A stretch of 64,000 nucleotides of DNA from Mobula hypostoma (lineage: Eukaryota), in the NCBI RefSeq assembly GCF_963921235.1, contig NC_086108.1:47122001-47186000 (forward strand). Reading direction: 5' to 3'. Of this stretch, positions 53,805-64,000 are shown in pieces. The notes below the pieces were generated by a model that saw nothing but the letters and a program-made list of their open reading frames with translations, was not told the DNA's origin and did not search any database. The position numbers were made by a program, and so were the translations under genes. The first letter of the stretch is position 1; every line of letters begins with the position of its first letter.

Positions 53805-55280
53805 TAACAGACTCGAGAAAATCTGCTAATGCTGTAAATCATAGCAACGTGCACAAAATGCTGGAAGAACTGAGCAGGTTAAGCAACATCCATGGAAAAG
53901 AGTAAACAGTCAATGTTTCGGGGCGAGACCTTCATCAGGACTGGAAAAAAGAGAAGTCAGAGTAAGAAGGTGGGTGGAGGCAAGGAATAAGTTCAAGGTA
54001 GTGGGTGATTGGTGAAACGGGGAGGGGGAGGGATGGCATGAGAGCTGGGAAGTTTGGTGAAAGAGATAAAGGGCTGGAGAAGGGGGAATCTGATAGGAGA
54101 GGGTAGAAGACCATGGAAGAAAGGGAAGGGGGAGGAGCACCAGAGGGAGGTGTTGGGCAGGTAAGGAGATAAAGTGAGAGAGGACAATTACCGGAAGTTC
54201 GAGAAATCAATGTTCATGCCATCAGGTTGGAGGCTACCCAGATGGAATATAAGGTGTTGCTCCTCCAACCTAAGTGTGGCCTCATTGCAGCGGTAGAGGA
54301 GGCCATGGACTGACATGTCAGAATGGATGGCCACCGGGAGAGCTCATTTTTGCTGGCGGATGGATTGTAGTTGCTTGGCAAATCGGTCTCCCAATCTACG
54401 CCAGGTCTCACTGATATACAGGAGGCCACATCCAGAGCACTGGGCTACAATAGATACTTAGAGCATCACCTCACCTGGAAGGACTGTTTGGGGCCCTGAA
54501 TGGTAGTGAAGGAGGTGTAGGGGCAAATGTGGCAAGGATAAGTACCAGGAGGGAGATCAGTGGTGAAGGACAAATGGAAAAGGGAGTTGTGTAAGGAGCA
54601 ATCCCTGCAGAAAGTAGGGGAGAGGGGAAGGTGGTGGATACGCTTAGTGCTGGAATCCTGTTGGAGGTGTCGGAAGTCATGGAAAATTATGTGCTGCACA
54701 TGGAGGCTAGGGGGTGTGTTAGGTGAGGACAAGGGGAACCTTATCCCTAGTGGGGTTATGGGAGGATGGAGTGAGGGCAGAGGTCCATGAAATGGAAGAG
54801 ATGTGGCTGAGGGCAAAGTTGATGGTGGAGGAAGGAAAACTCCTTTCTTTGAAGGAGGACATCTCATTAGTTCTGGAATGAAAAGCCTCATCCTGAGAGC
54901 AGATGCAGTGAAGATGGAGGAACTGAGAGAAGGGGATGACAGTTTTACAAGTGACAGAATAGGAACAGGTATATTTCAGGTAACTGAAAGAATCAGTGGG
55001 TTTATATCAGTAGATAAACTGTCTCCAGATATAGGGACAGAGACATCGAGAAAGGGGAGGGAGGCGTCGGAAATGGACCAGGTAAATTTGCGGGTAGGGT
55101 GGAAGTTGACTGCAAAGTTAATGACGTCGATGAGCTGAGCTTGGGTGCAGGGAGCAGCACCAATGCAGTCATCGATGTAGCATAGGAAAAGTTGGGGAGT
55201 GATACCGGCATAGGCTTGGAAAACAGACTGAAAGCCAACAAAAAAGCAGGCATAGTTGGGACTGATCTAAGTGCCCATGA
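53805..55280 (-). mobile_element. Penelope-like element, 5'-truncated
   Basis: GPKQSFQVR, RT C-terminal remnants and a pLTR with a hammerhead motif at the left end. Collinear with 27710-30325. Confidence 0.8.
53907..53943 (-). ncRNA. Minimal hammerhead ribozyme motif (partly decayed)
   Basis: Minus strand reads cagtc-CTGATGA-aggtctcgcccc-GAAA-catt-gactg. Perfect stem I and core. CGTC has decayed to CATT. Confidence 0.6.
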
Positions 55281-56439
55281 GATAAAATCAATCTCAACAT
55301 GCTTACATCTCTTACTGATTAGTCTTGCCAGTGGCATTGAAACAACAAGATTTTTTAAAATATAATGTTTATTTGTTTAAACTAATGTTGCCAAAATCTA
55401 ATGTTCAGAAGTACCAGGAATTTTTAATGTCATATTTTGGATTGGCATTTTGAACACAAAACTTTGTTTTTGTTTTTGTCATCAGGGTCAAAGCATTTGT
55501 ACTAAAAGGAGTGTTCAAATTGCATACTTTGGCAATGACGTGAATGTTGGAAATGCTGTGCTAGGGCAGATGATCCTTGAACATTATGCTGTTGCTAGGA
55601 GGAAAGAAATATGGGCTGAAATTTTTTGAAATAGTGACATTTTCAATAATTATTTTTCAGACTGTTCTGAGAAACTATTATTAAACACAGACAACAGAGT
55701 AAAAATGCCTAACCTGCTGTGAGACTCAACTGAAGAAGGAAAATATTTTTATCCTTTAAGTCATTTACATTTCCTAGTGCCTTTTTTTCTAATATATCCC
55801 TAATTCAATAGATTAAATACAACTTTCCTGCAATTTTCTCTTGGATCTCTTTGGCAATGAGCCAATTCTGTCCTCGTGCATTTATGGTTCCTTCAGTCTA
55901 CCATTAGTCAGTGTACCTGTGGCTGTTGTAGATTTGAATCTATTCCCTCCCTGAACCTCACTGCCTCTGTTCCACTTCCTCCTCATTTGAGAACTTGATG
56001 CTCTGCTGTAACTTCTGGTCACTCGTCCAAGTATCTCCTTTTGCACTTTAGTGCCAAATGTTACCCACAAAGCTCCTGTAAGCAATAGCTCTGTTTGTTG
56101 TAGTGAGGTATTCCTTGTGCTGATAACCAAAGGGAATACATTCTCAGCTGATGATTATCAGTCTTGGTTGGTAGCCTTTTGGCTTATCACTGTATGAGAC
56201 CTTCAGAAGATTTTGAAAATGCCTAATAAATTCTCTCTCCTACTTTGTTCTGGCATATGTGAATGTAAGTATATGTGTATATATGTGCGTATCAGTCATA
56301 TGTGAATGTGACTTAAAATTGTCCACCTTTTGGAAACTAAACCACCCCCACTTTGCCTTGTCTCAGAAATAATTATGATTTTAGTTATGGAAAAAAACTT
56401 GAAAACAGATTAACACTGAAACAATTAAAACTTTCAGGG

Positions 56440-57230
56440 GTGGAAGAATAACACGTCTGTTTTTACCTTGTCTCGGAGTTCCAATCCTGTGGGCTATTTC
56501 GATGTCGGGCAATTGTGAAAATGCCTCAGGAAATAGAGATTGAAACACTTTAGCGAAATAGTCCAGTATATCGGCAGATTCTGATTGCTCTTTCAATCCA
56601 ACAATTCGAATATTATAACGACGAGAACAAGCTTCCAAATCAACAATCAACCCGTGGAGGGTCAGATATCCTGAGCCAATAGACTGGTCCTTGACTTATT
56701 TTCCATTTGGCATAGTTTGCATTTGTTGTTTGATTGTTTGTGATTTTTGTATTGCTATATTTATGCTCTATTCTTGGTTGGTACGGCTGTAACGACACCC
56801 AATTTCCCCCGGGATCAATAAAGTATATCTATCTATCTATCTATAATTTGCCGTTGCGCTTTTTCCAAACAAGAGGAAATATCTGCCGCATTACGAGTTA
56901 CTTCTTTAAGATCCAAGCTCAAAGAATCAATTTTTTCCTCCAAAGGAAGAAGACTTTCTTTTAGGTGGGTTAATTCAGCGACAATAGAGCTCATTTGAGT
57001 CTCTAATCTATTAAACTAGGCTGGCTCTTCAGAAGCTTCGTCAGTTTTTTTAGATTTACCATTACCTGTATCGGGAATTTTTTTAGTGCTTCTCAAGGTA
57101 GCCATAATTATAATTATCACTTTAAAAGATCCGACTGAATAAAGTTAAAATTTCAAAGTTTAAGTCGGGAAAGGGAGAAATTAAAGGCAGACAGAAAGAC
57201 ACTGTGTCTTACATGTCCACAGGCGGACGG
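56440..57230 (-). mobile_element. L1/Tx1-like 5' end with ORF1 remnant, interrupted by a short LINE-tail insert (about 56651-56845)
   Basis: ATG at 57105 (MATLRSTKK). DLEACSRRYNIRIVGLKE and IEIAHRIG are typical L1 ORF1 motifs. Confidence 0.75.
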
Positions 57231-58279
57231 CGGAGTCAGGGGTGGAGGAATGAGTGGTGATCCTATTCTATTGAAAGTGTACTCAGAGCCTTCAACCTGG
57301 TTAACCAGTTTCATATATTTTTTAAACAAGTCATCATAAACTGCAGGTTGTACAAGAATTGTCATCTGATTCTCTGATTCTGACTGAGTCTGAGAACTGA
57401 TGAAGGGTCTCACCCCAAAATATTGACTGCTTATTCATTTCCATAAATGCTGTCTGTCCTGCCGAGTTCCTCCAGCATCTTGTGTGTGTTAGTCTGATTC
57501 TCAGCTCAGGTCACTCTACTATTAACAGATCCTCCATTATTAAGTAATTCCCATGCTCTGACACTTTCTGTCCTTGTGCAGCATTAGGAACTACACCAGA
57601 AAAAAATGCCTTGCACAAGCTGCCACTATCTATTTAGTCACAGGTCTAATGAATGAATTTTAGTTTTTATCACATTATCAACAAAATAGTCTCAATGTAT
57701 AGTCTCATATTGAGGTGAAAGGGGAAAATTGAATCTGATTTTATTGCTAATTTTTTTTATATAGTTTCAACTGTGAATTTTTCATTTGAAGAAATAAATT
57801 GGACTTGTTGAAGAATTTGAAACTGTACTCACCATGCATAAGGCTTTCCACTTCATTCTCGTAAGGCAGCTGCAGTACCAGAGACCTGGTATGATTTGTT
57901 GTATTCCATTGATATTGCGGATACAACCTTTTGAAGATGTTCAACCTAATGCAACCTGTTATCAGAGTCAGGGGTTTGCCAGTCCGTATTGGTGCCTGTT
58001 TTGTGTGAAAGTTAAACAATGGGAAAACCCCTCTCGATGGTATTCAGCTTTGCCCATGTTGTTCACAACTGATTCATCCTGCACTTGATGCTTCGGCTCT
58101 CTGAGAAAGGAACCAGGGTCAAACATGCAGTAAAAGAATGTACTAATGTATCATTGTGTTCGTAGACAATGTGATAAGATTTTAGCATGGAATAGAATAG
58201 GGGTAGTTGAACTTAATCCAAATTCTAGAAAAATGACAAGTCAGCAAATTGAGGAAATGAAATGCAGAGGCGGTTGGAG

Positions 58280-58359
58280 CAAGGATTTCCAAATGGGGGT
58301 CCACAGACTCCTTGCTTAAGGGTATCGGTCCATGGCATAAAAAAGGTTGGGAACCCCTG
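58280..58359. mobile_element. hAT/Charlie-like MITE (80 bp)
   Basis: caaggatttccaa ... ttgggaacccctg TIRs. Imperfect 8-bp TSD ggttggag / gtttagag. Confidence 0.6.
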
Positions 58360-58686
58360 GTTTAGAGGTTGATAGTGCCTTGATATGTTGTGGAGGTGGA
58401 AGGAAGGGCTTTTGGAAATAATGGTTAAAATTTGGCTGTGTTTTGCAAAACCCACTAGGACTTCATGGAGATTAGTTCAAGTTATGGACTTACAAGAGCG
58501 AGATAGATCAATTGGTTGAGTGGTGATGCAAAAACAACCTCACACTCAACGTCAGCAAGACCGAGGAACTGATTGTGGACTTCAGGATAGGGACGGCAGG
58601 AGAATAGACACCTATCCTCAGGGTGGTCAGCAGTGGAAAGGGTGAGCAGCTTAAAGTTCCTGGGCATCAACATCTGAGAGGACCCA

Positions 58687-61600
58687 ACATAGAAACATAG
58701 AAACATAGAAAATAGGTGCAGGAGTAGGCCATTCGGCCCTTCGAGCCTGCACCGCCATTTATTATGATCATGGCTGATCATCCAACTCAGAACCCAGCCT
58801 TCCCTCCATACCCCCTGACCCCTGTAGCCACAAGGGCCATATCTAACTCCCTCTTAAACATAGCCAATGAACTGGCCTCAACAGTTTGCTGTGGCAGAGA
58901 ATTCCACAGATTCACCACTCTCTGTGTGAAGAAGTTTTTCCTAATCTCGGTCCTAAAAGGCTTCCCCTCTATCCTCAAACTGTGACCCCTCGTTCTGGAC
59001 CTCCCCATCATCGGGAACAATCTTCCCGCATCTAGCCTGTCCAATCCCTTTGGGATCTTATACGTTTCAATCAGATCCCCCCTCAATCTTCTAAATTCCA
59101 ACGAGTACAAGCCCAGTTCATCCAGTCTTTCTTCATATGAAAGACCTGCCATCCCAGGAATCAATCTGGTGAACCTTCTTTGTACTCCCTCTATGGCAAA
59201 GATGTCTTTCCTCAGATTAGGGGACCAAAACTGCACACAATACTCCAGGTGTGGTCTCACCAAGGCCTTGTACAACTGCAGTAGTACCTCCCTGCTCCTG
59301 TACTCAAATCCTCTCGCTATAAATGCCAGCATACCGTTCGCCTTTTTCACCGCCTGCTGTACCTGCATGCCCACTTTCAATGACTGGTGTATAATGACAC
59401 CCAGGTCTCGTTGCACCTCCCCTTTTCCTAATCGGCCACCATTCAGATAATAATCTATTTTCCTATTTTTGCCACCAAAGTGGATAACTTCACATTTATC
59501 CACATTAAATTGCATCTGCCATGAGTTTGCCCACTCACCCAACCTATCCAAGTCACCCTGTATCCTCTTAGCATCCTCCTCACTGCTAACACTGCCACCC
59601 AGCTTCGTGTCATCCGCAAACTTGGAGATGCTGCATTTAATTCCCTCATCCAAGTCATTAATATATATTGTAAACAACTGGGGTCCCAGCACTGAGCCTT
59701 GCGGTACCCCACTAGTCACCGCCTGCCATTCTGAAAAGGTCCCGTTTATTCCCACTCTTTGCTTCCTGTCTGCTAACCAATTCTCCACCCACACCAATAC
59801 CTTACCCCCAATACCGTGTGCTTTAAGTTTGCACACTAATCTCCTGTGTGGGACCTTGTCAAAAGCCTTTTGAAAATCCAAATATACCACATCCACTGGT
59901 TCTCCCCTATCCACTCTACTAGTTACATCCTCAAAAAATTCTATGAGATTCGTCAGACATGATTTTCCTTTCACAAATCCATGCTGACTTTGTCCGATCA
60001 TTTCACCGCTTTCCAAATGTGCTGTTATCACATCCTTGATAACTGACTCCAGCAGTTTCCCCACCACCGACGTTAGGCTAACCAGCCTATAATTCCCCGG
60101 TTTCTCTCTCCCTCCTTTTTTAAAAAGTGGGGTTACATTAGCCACCCTCCAATCCTCAGGAACTAGTCCAGAATCTAACGAGTTTTGAAAAATTATCACT
60201 AATGCATCCACTATTTCTTGGGCTACTTCCTTAAGCACTCTGGGATGCAGACCATCTGGCCCTGGGGAATTATCTGCCTTCAATCCCTTCAATTTACCTA
60301 ACACCACTTCCCTACTAACATGTATTTCACTCAGTTCCTCCATCTCACTGGACCCTCTGTCCCTTACTATTTCTGGAAGATTATTTATGTCCTCCTTAGT
60401 GAAGACAGAACCAAAGTAATTATTCAATTGGTCTGCCATGTCCTTGCTCCCCATAATCAATTCACCTGTTTCTGTCTGCAGGGGACCTACATTTGTCTTT
60501 ATCAGTCTTTTCCTTTTTACATATCTATAAAAGCTTTTACAGTCCGTTTTTATGTTCTCTGCCAGTTTTCTCTCATAATCTTTTTTCCCCTTCCTAATTA
60601 AGCCCTTTGTCCTCCTCTGCTGAACTCTGAATTTCTCCCAGTCCTCAGGTGAGCCACTTTCTCTGGCTAATTTGTATGCTACTTCTTTGGAATTGATACT
60701 ATCCCTAATTTCTCTTGTCAGCCACGGGTGCACTACCTTCCTTGATTTATTCTTTTGCCAAACTGGGATGAACAATTGTTGTAGTTCATCCATGCAACCT
60801 TTAAATGCTTGCCATTGCATATCCACCGTCAATCCTTTAAGTGTCATTTGCCAGTCTATCTTAGCTAATTCATGTCTCATACCTTCAAAGTTACCCCTCT
60901 TTAAGTTCAGAACCTTTGTTTCTGAATTAACTATGTCACTCTCCATGTTAATGAAGAATTCCACCATATTATGGTCACTCTTACCCAAGGGGCCTCTCAC
61001 GACAAGATTGCTAATTAACCCTTCCTCATTGCTCAAAACCCAGTCCAGAATAGCCTGCTCTCTAGTTGGTTCCTCGACATGTTGGTTCAAAAAACCATCC
61101 CGCATACATTCCAAGAAATCCTCTTCCTCAGCACCTTTACCAATTTGGTTCACCCAGTCTACATGTAGATTGAAGTCACCCATTATAACTGCTGTTCCTT
61201 TATTGCACACATTTCTAATTTACTGTTTAATACCATCTCCGACCTCACTACTACTGTTAGGTGGCCTGTACACAACTCCCACCAGCATCTTCTGCCCCTT
61301 AGTGTTACGCAGCTCTACCCATATCGATTCCACATCTTCCCGGCTTATGTCCTTCCTTTCTATTGCGTTAATCTCTTTTTTAACCAGCAACGCCACCCCA
61401 CCTCCACTTCCTTCATGTCTATCCCTCCTGAATATTGAATATCCCTGAACGTTGAGCTCCCATCCCTGGTCACCCTGGAGCCATGTCTCTGTGATCCCAA
61501 CTATATCATAATCATTAATAACAATCTGCACTTTCAATTCATCCACCTTATTGCGAATGCTCCTTGCATTGACACATAAAGCCTTCAGGCGCTCTTTTAC

Positions 61601-61857
61601 AACTCTCTTAGCCCTTGTACAATTATGTTGAAAAGTGGCCCTTTTTAATGCTTGCCCTGGATTTGTCGGCCTGCCACTTTTACTTTTCTCCTTTGTACTT
61701 TTTGCTTCTACGCTCACTTTACACCCCTCTGTCTCTCTGCACTGGTTCCCATCCCTCTGTTGTGAACTAACCTCCTCACGCCTAGCCTCTTTAATTTGAT
61801 TCCCACCCCCCAACCATTCTAGTTTAAAGTCACCTCAGTAGCCCCCGCTAATCTCCC
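58687..61857 (-). mobile_element. Young CR1 LINE: last codons of ORF1 plus complete ORF2 with one premature stop, inserted in a Rex1 fragment
   Basis: ORFs 61220-61813 and 58787-61210 share a frame and are separated by one TAA. VNARSI, ITETW, GDFN, SDHN and FADD are present. (ttctatgt)n tail. Rex1 sequence on both flanks (about 58480-58686 and 61858-61935). Confidence 0.95.
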
Positions 61858-61944
61858 TGAAGAAGGCACAGCAGCGGCTCGACTTCGTGACGAGTTTGAG
61901 ATTTGATATGTCACCAAAGAAGCTCATAAATTTCAATTAGAGTC

Positions 61945-63385
61945 AGACAAACTTGGAAAGGGTGAATACAGGACTGAAGATTTTATATTTGAATGTATGC
62001 AGTATATGGAATAAAGTAAATGAACTTGTAGCACAGTTACAGATTGTTATATACGATGTTGCGGGCATCACTGAATCGTGGCTGAAGGAAGATTATAGCC
62101 TGGAGCTTAACATCCAAGGACACACATTGTATCAAAAGGACAGGCAGGCTGGCAGAGGGATGGCATGGGTCTGTTGGTAAAAAATGAAATCTTATCATTA
62201 GAAAGAGGTGACATAGGATAGAAAGGTGTTAAATCATTGCGGGTAGAGCAAAGGAACTACAAGGGCAAATACCTTGACAGAAGTTGTATAGAGAGCCCCA
62301 AACAGTAATAAAGATATGGTCTACAAATTACAATGGGAGATTGAAAATGCATGTCAAAAGAGCAATATTAAGATGGTCATGGGGATATCAATACGCAGGT
62401 AGATAGGGAAAATCAGATTGGTGTTGGATCCCAAGAGAGGGAGTTTCTAGAATACCTACTAGATGGATTTTTAGAGCAGCTCATGGTTAAGCCCACTAGG
62501 GCATCAGCTATTCTGAACTGGGTGTTGTGCAATGAATTTAAATTGATTAGAGAGCTTAAGGGAAAGGAACCCTTAGGAGTCAGTTATCATAATATGATAG
62601 AATTCACCCTGCAAGTTGAGAAAGAGAAGCTAAAGTCAGATATATAAGTGTTACAGTGGATTAAAGGGAATTACAGAGGCACAAGAAAGGAGCTGGCCAA
62701 AATTGATTAGAAAAGAACACTGGCAGGGATGACAGCAGAGTAGCAATGACTGGAATTTCTGGGAGCAAGAGGACCACAACCATGTCATGGTTTGAAGGCT
62801 TGCATGCCTCAATGACCCAGAGAGTTATGCTGGCTGGCATTAGGGCTTTATGCTGTGGCTCTTGATAAGGTCACCCATGCCAAACAGTCAAAGGGTAGAG
62901 GCCAGACCAAGAGTGGTCCACTGATCCTCCAGGCTCGGGGGTTCAGCTCAGGGCTAACAACCCTGACTGGTCAAACAAAACTGTTATGGATACAGCAATG
63001 AAGAATCAGTATCAACAGTATGCAACAGTATCCCGGAGTCTCCACCTGGGGCTTGAATGACTGACATTAAACTGAGCGGAAGCTACTGACACAAAGAAGG
63101 AAGCTGTGAACACCACTGGAGATAGGGGACCTTCATTGCTGCCCTAAATGCCAGCAGTGTAACAAGAAAGAGAAAGAAGTATCCTAAAGACAGGGTGACA
63201 CAATTGTGACTGACAAGAGAAGTCAAAGCCAACATAAAAGCCAAAGAGAGGGCATATAATAGAGCAAAAATCAGTGGGAAATTAGAAGACTGGGAAGCTT
63301 TTAAAAAGTAACAGAAGGCAACTAAATAAGACAAAAATAAGGAAAAGATTGATTACGGAGTTAAGCTAGCCAATAATATTCGAGA
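61945..63385 (+). mobile_element. Decayed CR1 endonuclease region
   Basis: LKILYLNVCSIWNKVNEL...GITESWL, with many stops. Confidence 0.8.
62770..63162 (+). mobile_element. Short non-autonomous RTE-derived element nested in CR1
   Basis: Interrupts CR1 collinearity. The 5' part resembles fish RTE (Rex3/Expander) 5' UTRs and it ends ttcattgctgccctaaatgccagc like RTE 3' ends (family recognised from memory). Confidence 0.5.
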
Positions 63386-63387
63386 GA

Positions 63388-64000
63388 ATACTTTATACTT
63401 TATTGTCGCCAAACAATTGGTACTAGAACGTACAATCATCACAGCGATATTTGATTCTGCGCTTCACACTCCCTGGATTACAAATATTAAATACTAAAAA
63501 TATTAAAAATAATTAAAACTAGTAAATATTAAAAATTTAAATTATAAATCATAAATAGAGAATAGAAAAATGGGAAGTAAGGAAATGCAAAAAAACCGAG
63601 AGGCAGGTCCGAATATTTGGAGGGTACGGCCCAGATCCGGGTCAGGATCCGTTCAGCAGTCTTATCACAGTTGGAAAGAAGCTGTTCCCAAATCTGGCCG
63701 TACGAGTCTGCAAGCTCCTGAGCCTTCTCCCGGAGGGAAGAGGGATGAAAAGTGTGTTGACTGGGTGGGTCATGTCTTTGATTATCCTGGCAGCACTGCT
63801 CCGACAGCGTGCAGTGTAAAGTGAGTCCACGGACGGAAGATTGGTTTGTGTGATGTGCTACGCCATGTTCACGATCTTCTGCAGCTTCTTTCAGTCTTGG
63901 ACAGGACAACTTCCATACCAAGTTGTGATGCACCCTAGAAGAATGCTTTCTATGGTGCATCTATAAAAATTAGTGAGGGTTTTAGGGGACAGGCCAAATT
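63388..64000 (-). mobile_element. Rex1/Babar LINE 3' end (runs off the window)
   Basis: IIKDMTHP...LPSGRRLRSLQTRTARFGNSFFPTVIRLLN. CpG-rich, so probably young. Confidence 0.85.

Noticed and set aside
60672..61448. 258-aa plus-strand ORF
   Set aside because: Antisense shadow of CR1 ORF2. Similar shorter shadows occur over the other CR1 copies.

Overview
This is eukaryotic DNA, most likely from a cartilaginous fish (ray/shark). That is an inference from the repeat complement: V-SINE/HE1-like SINEs, abundant CR1, Rex1/Babar and Penelope-like elements. Positions 623-11233 hold the last eight coding exons of ABL2 (ARG): end of SH2, the full kinase domain and the long last exon with the F-actin-binding region. 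All splice junctions are GT-AG and in phase. A repeat-poor, probably long 3' UTR follows. From about 17.6 kb onward the window is a dense, nested set of transposable elements: Tc1, pogo-like and hAT MITEs, CR1, Rex1/Babar, L1/Tx1, Nimb/I, RTE, Penelope-like elements and a solo LTR. Five observations stand out. (1) Two different CR1 subfamilies both end ORF1 with a canonical U_UUA_AAC slippery heptamer whose -1 frame runs without an AUG into the ORF2 endonuclease, which suggests programmed -1 ribosomal frameshifting. (2) Penelope pseudo-LTRs carry minimal hammerhead ribozyme motifs, one of them in a 190-bp TSD-flanked unit. (3) The ABL2 last exon contains an in-frame 288-nt exitron. (4) A perfect 108-bp duplication brackets an ABL2 exon. 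(5) There is a CTCF-like site with its upstream module. Repeat boundaries without TSDs or TIRs are approximate.
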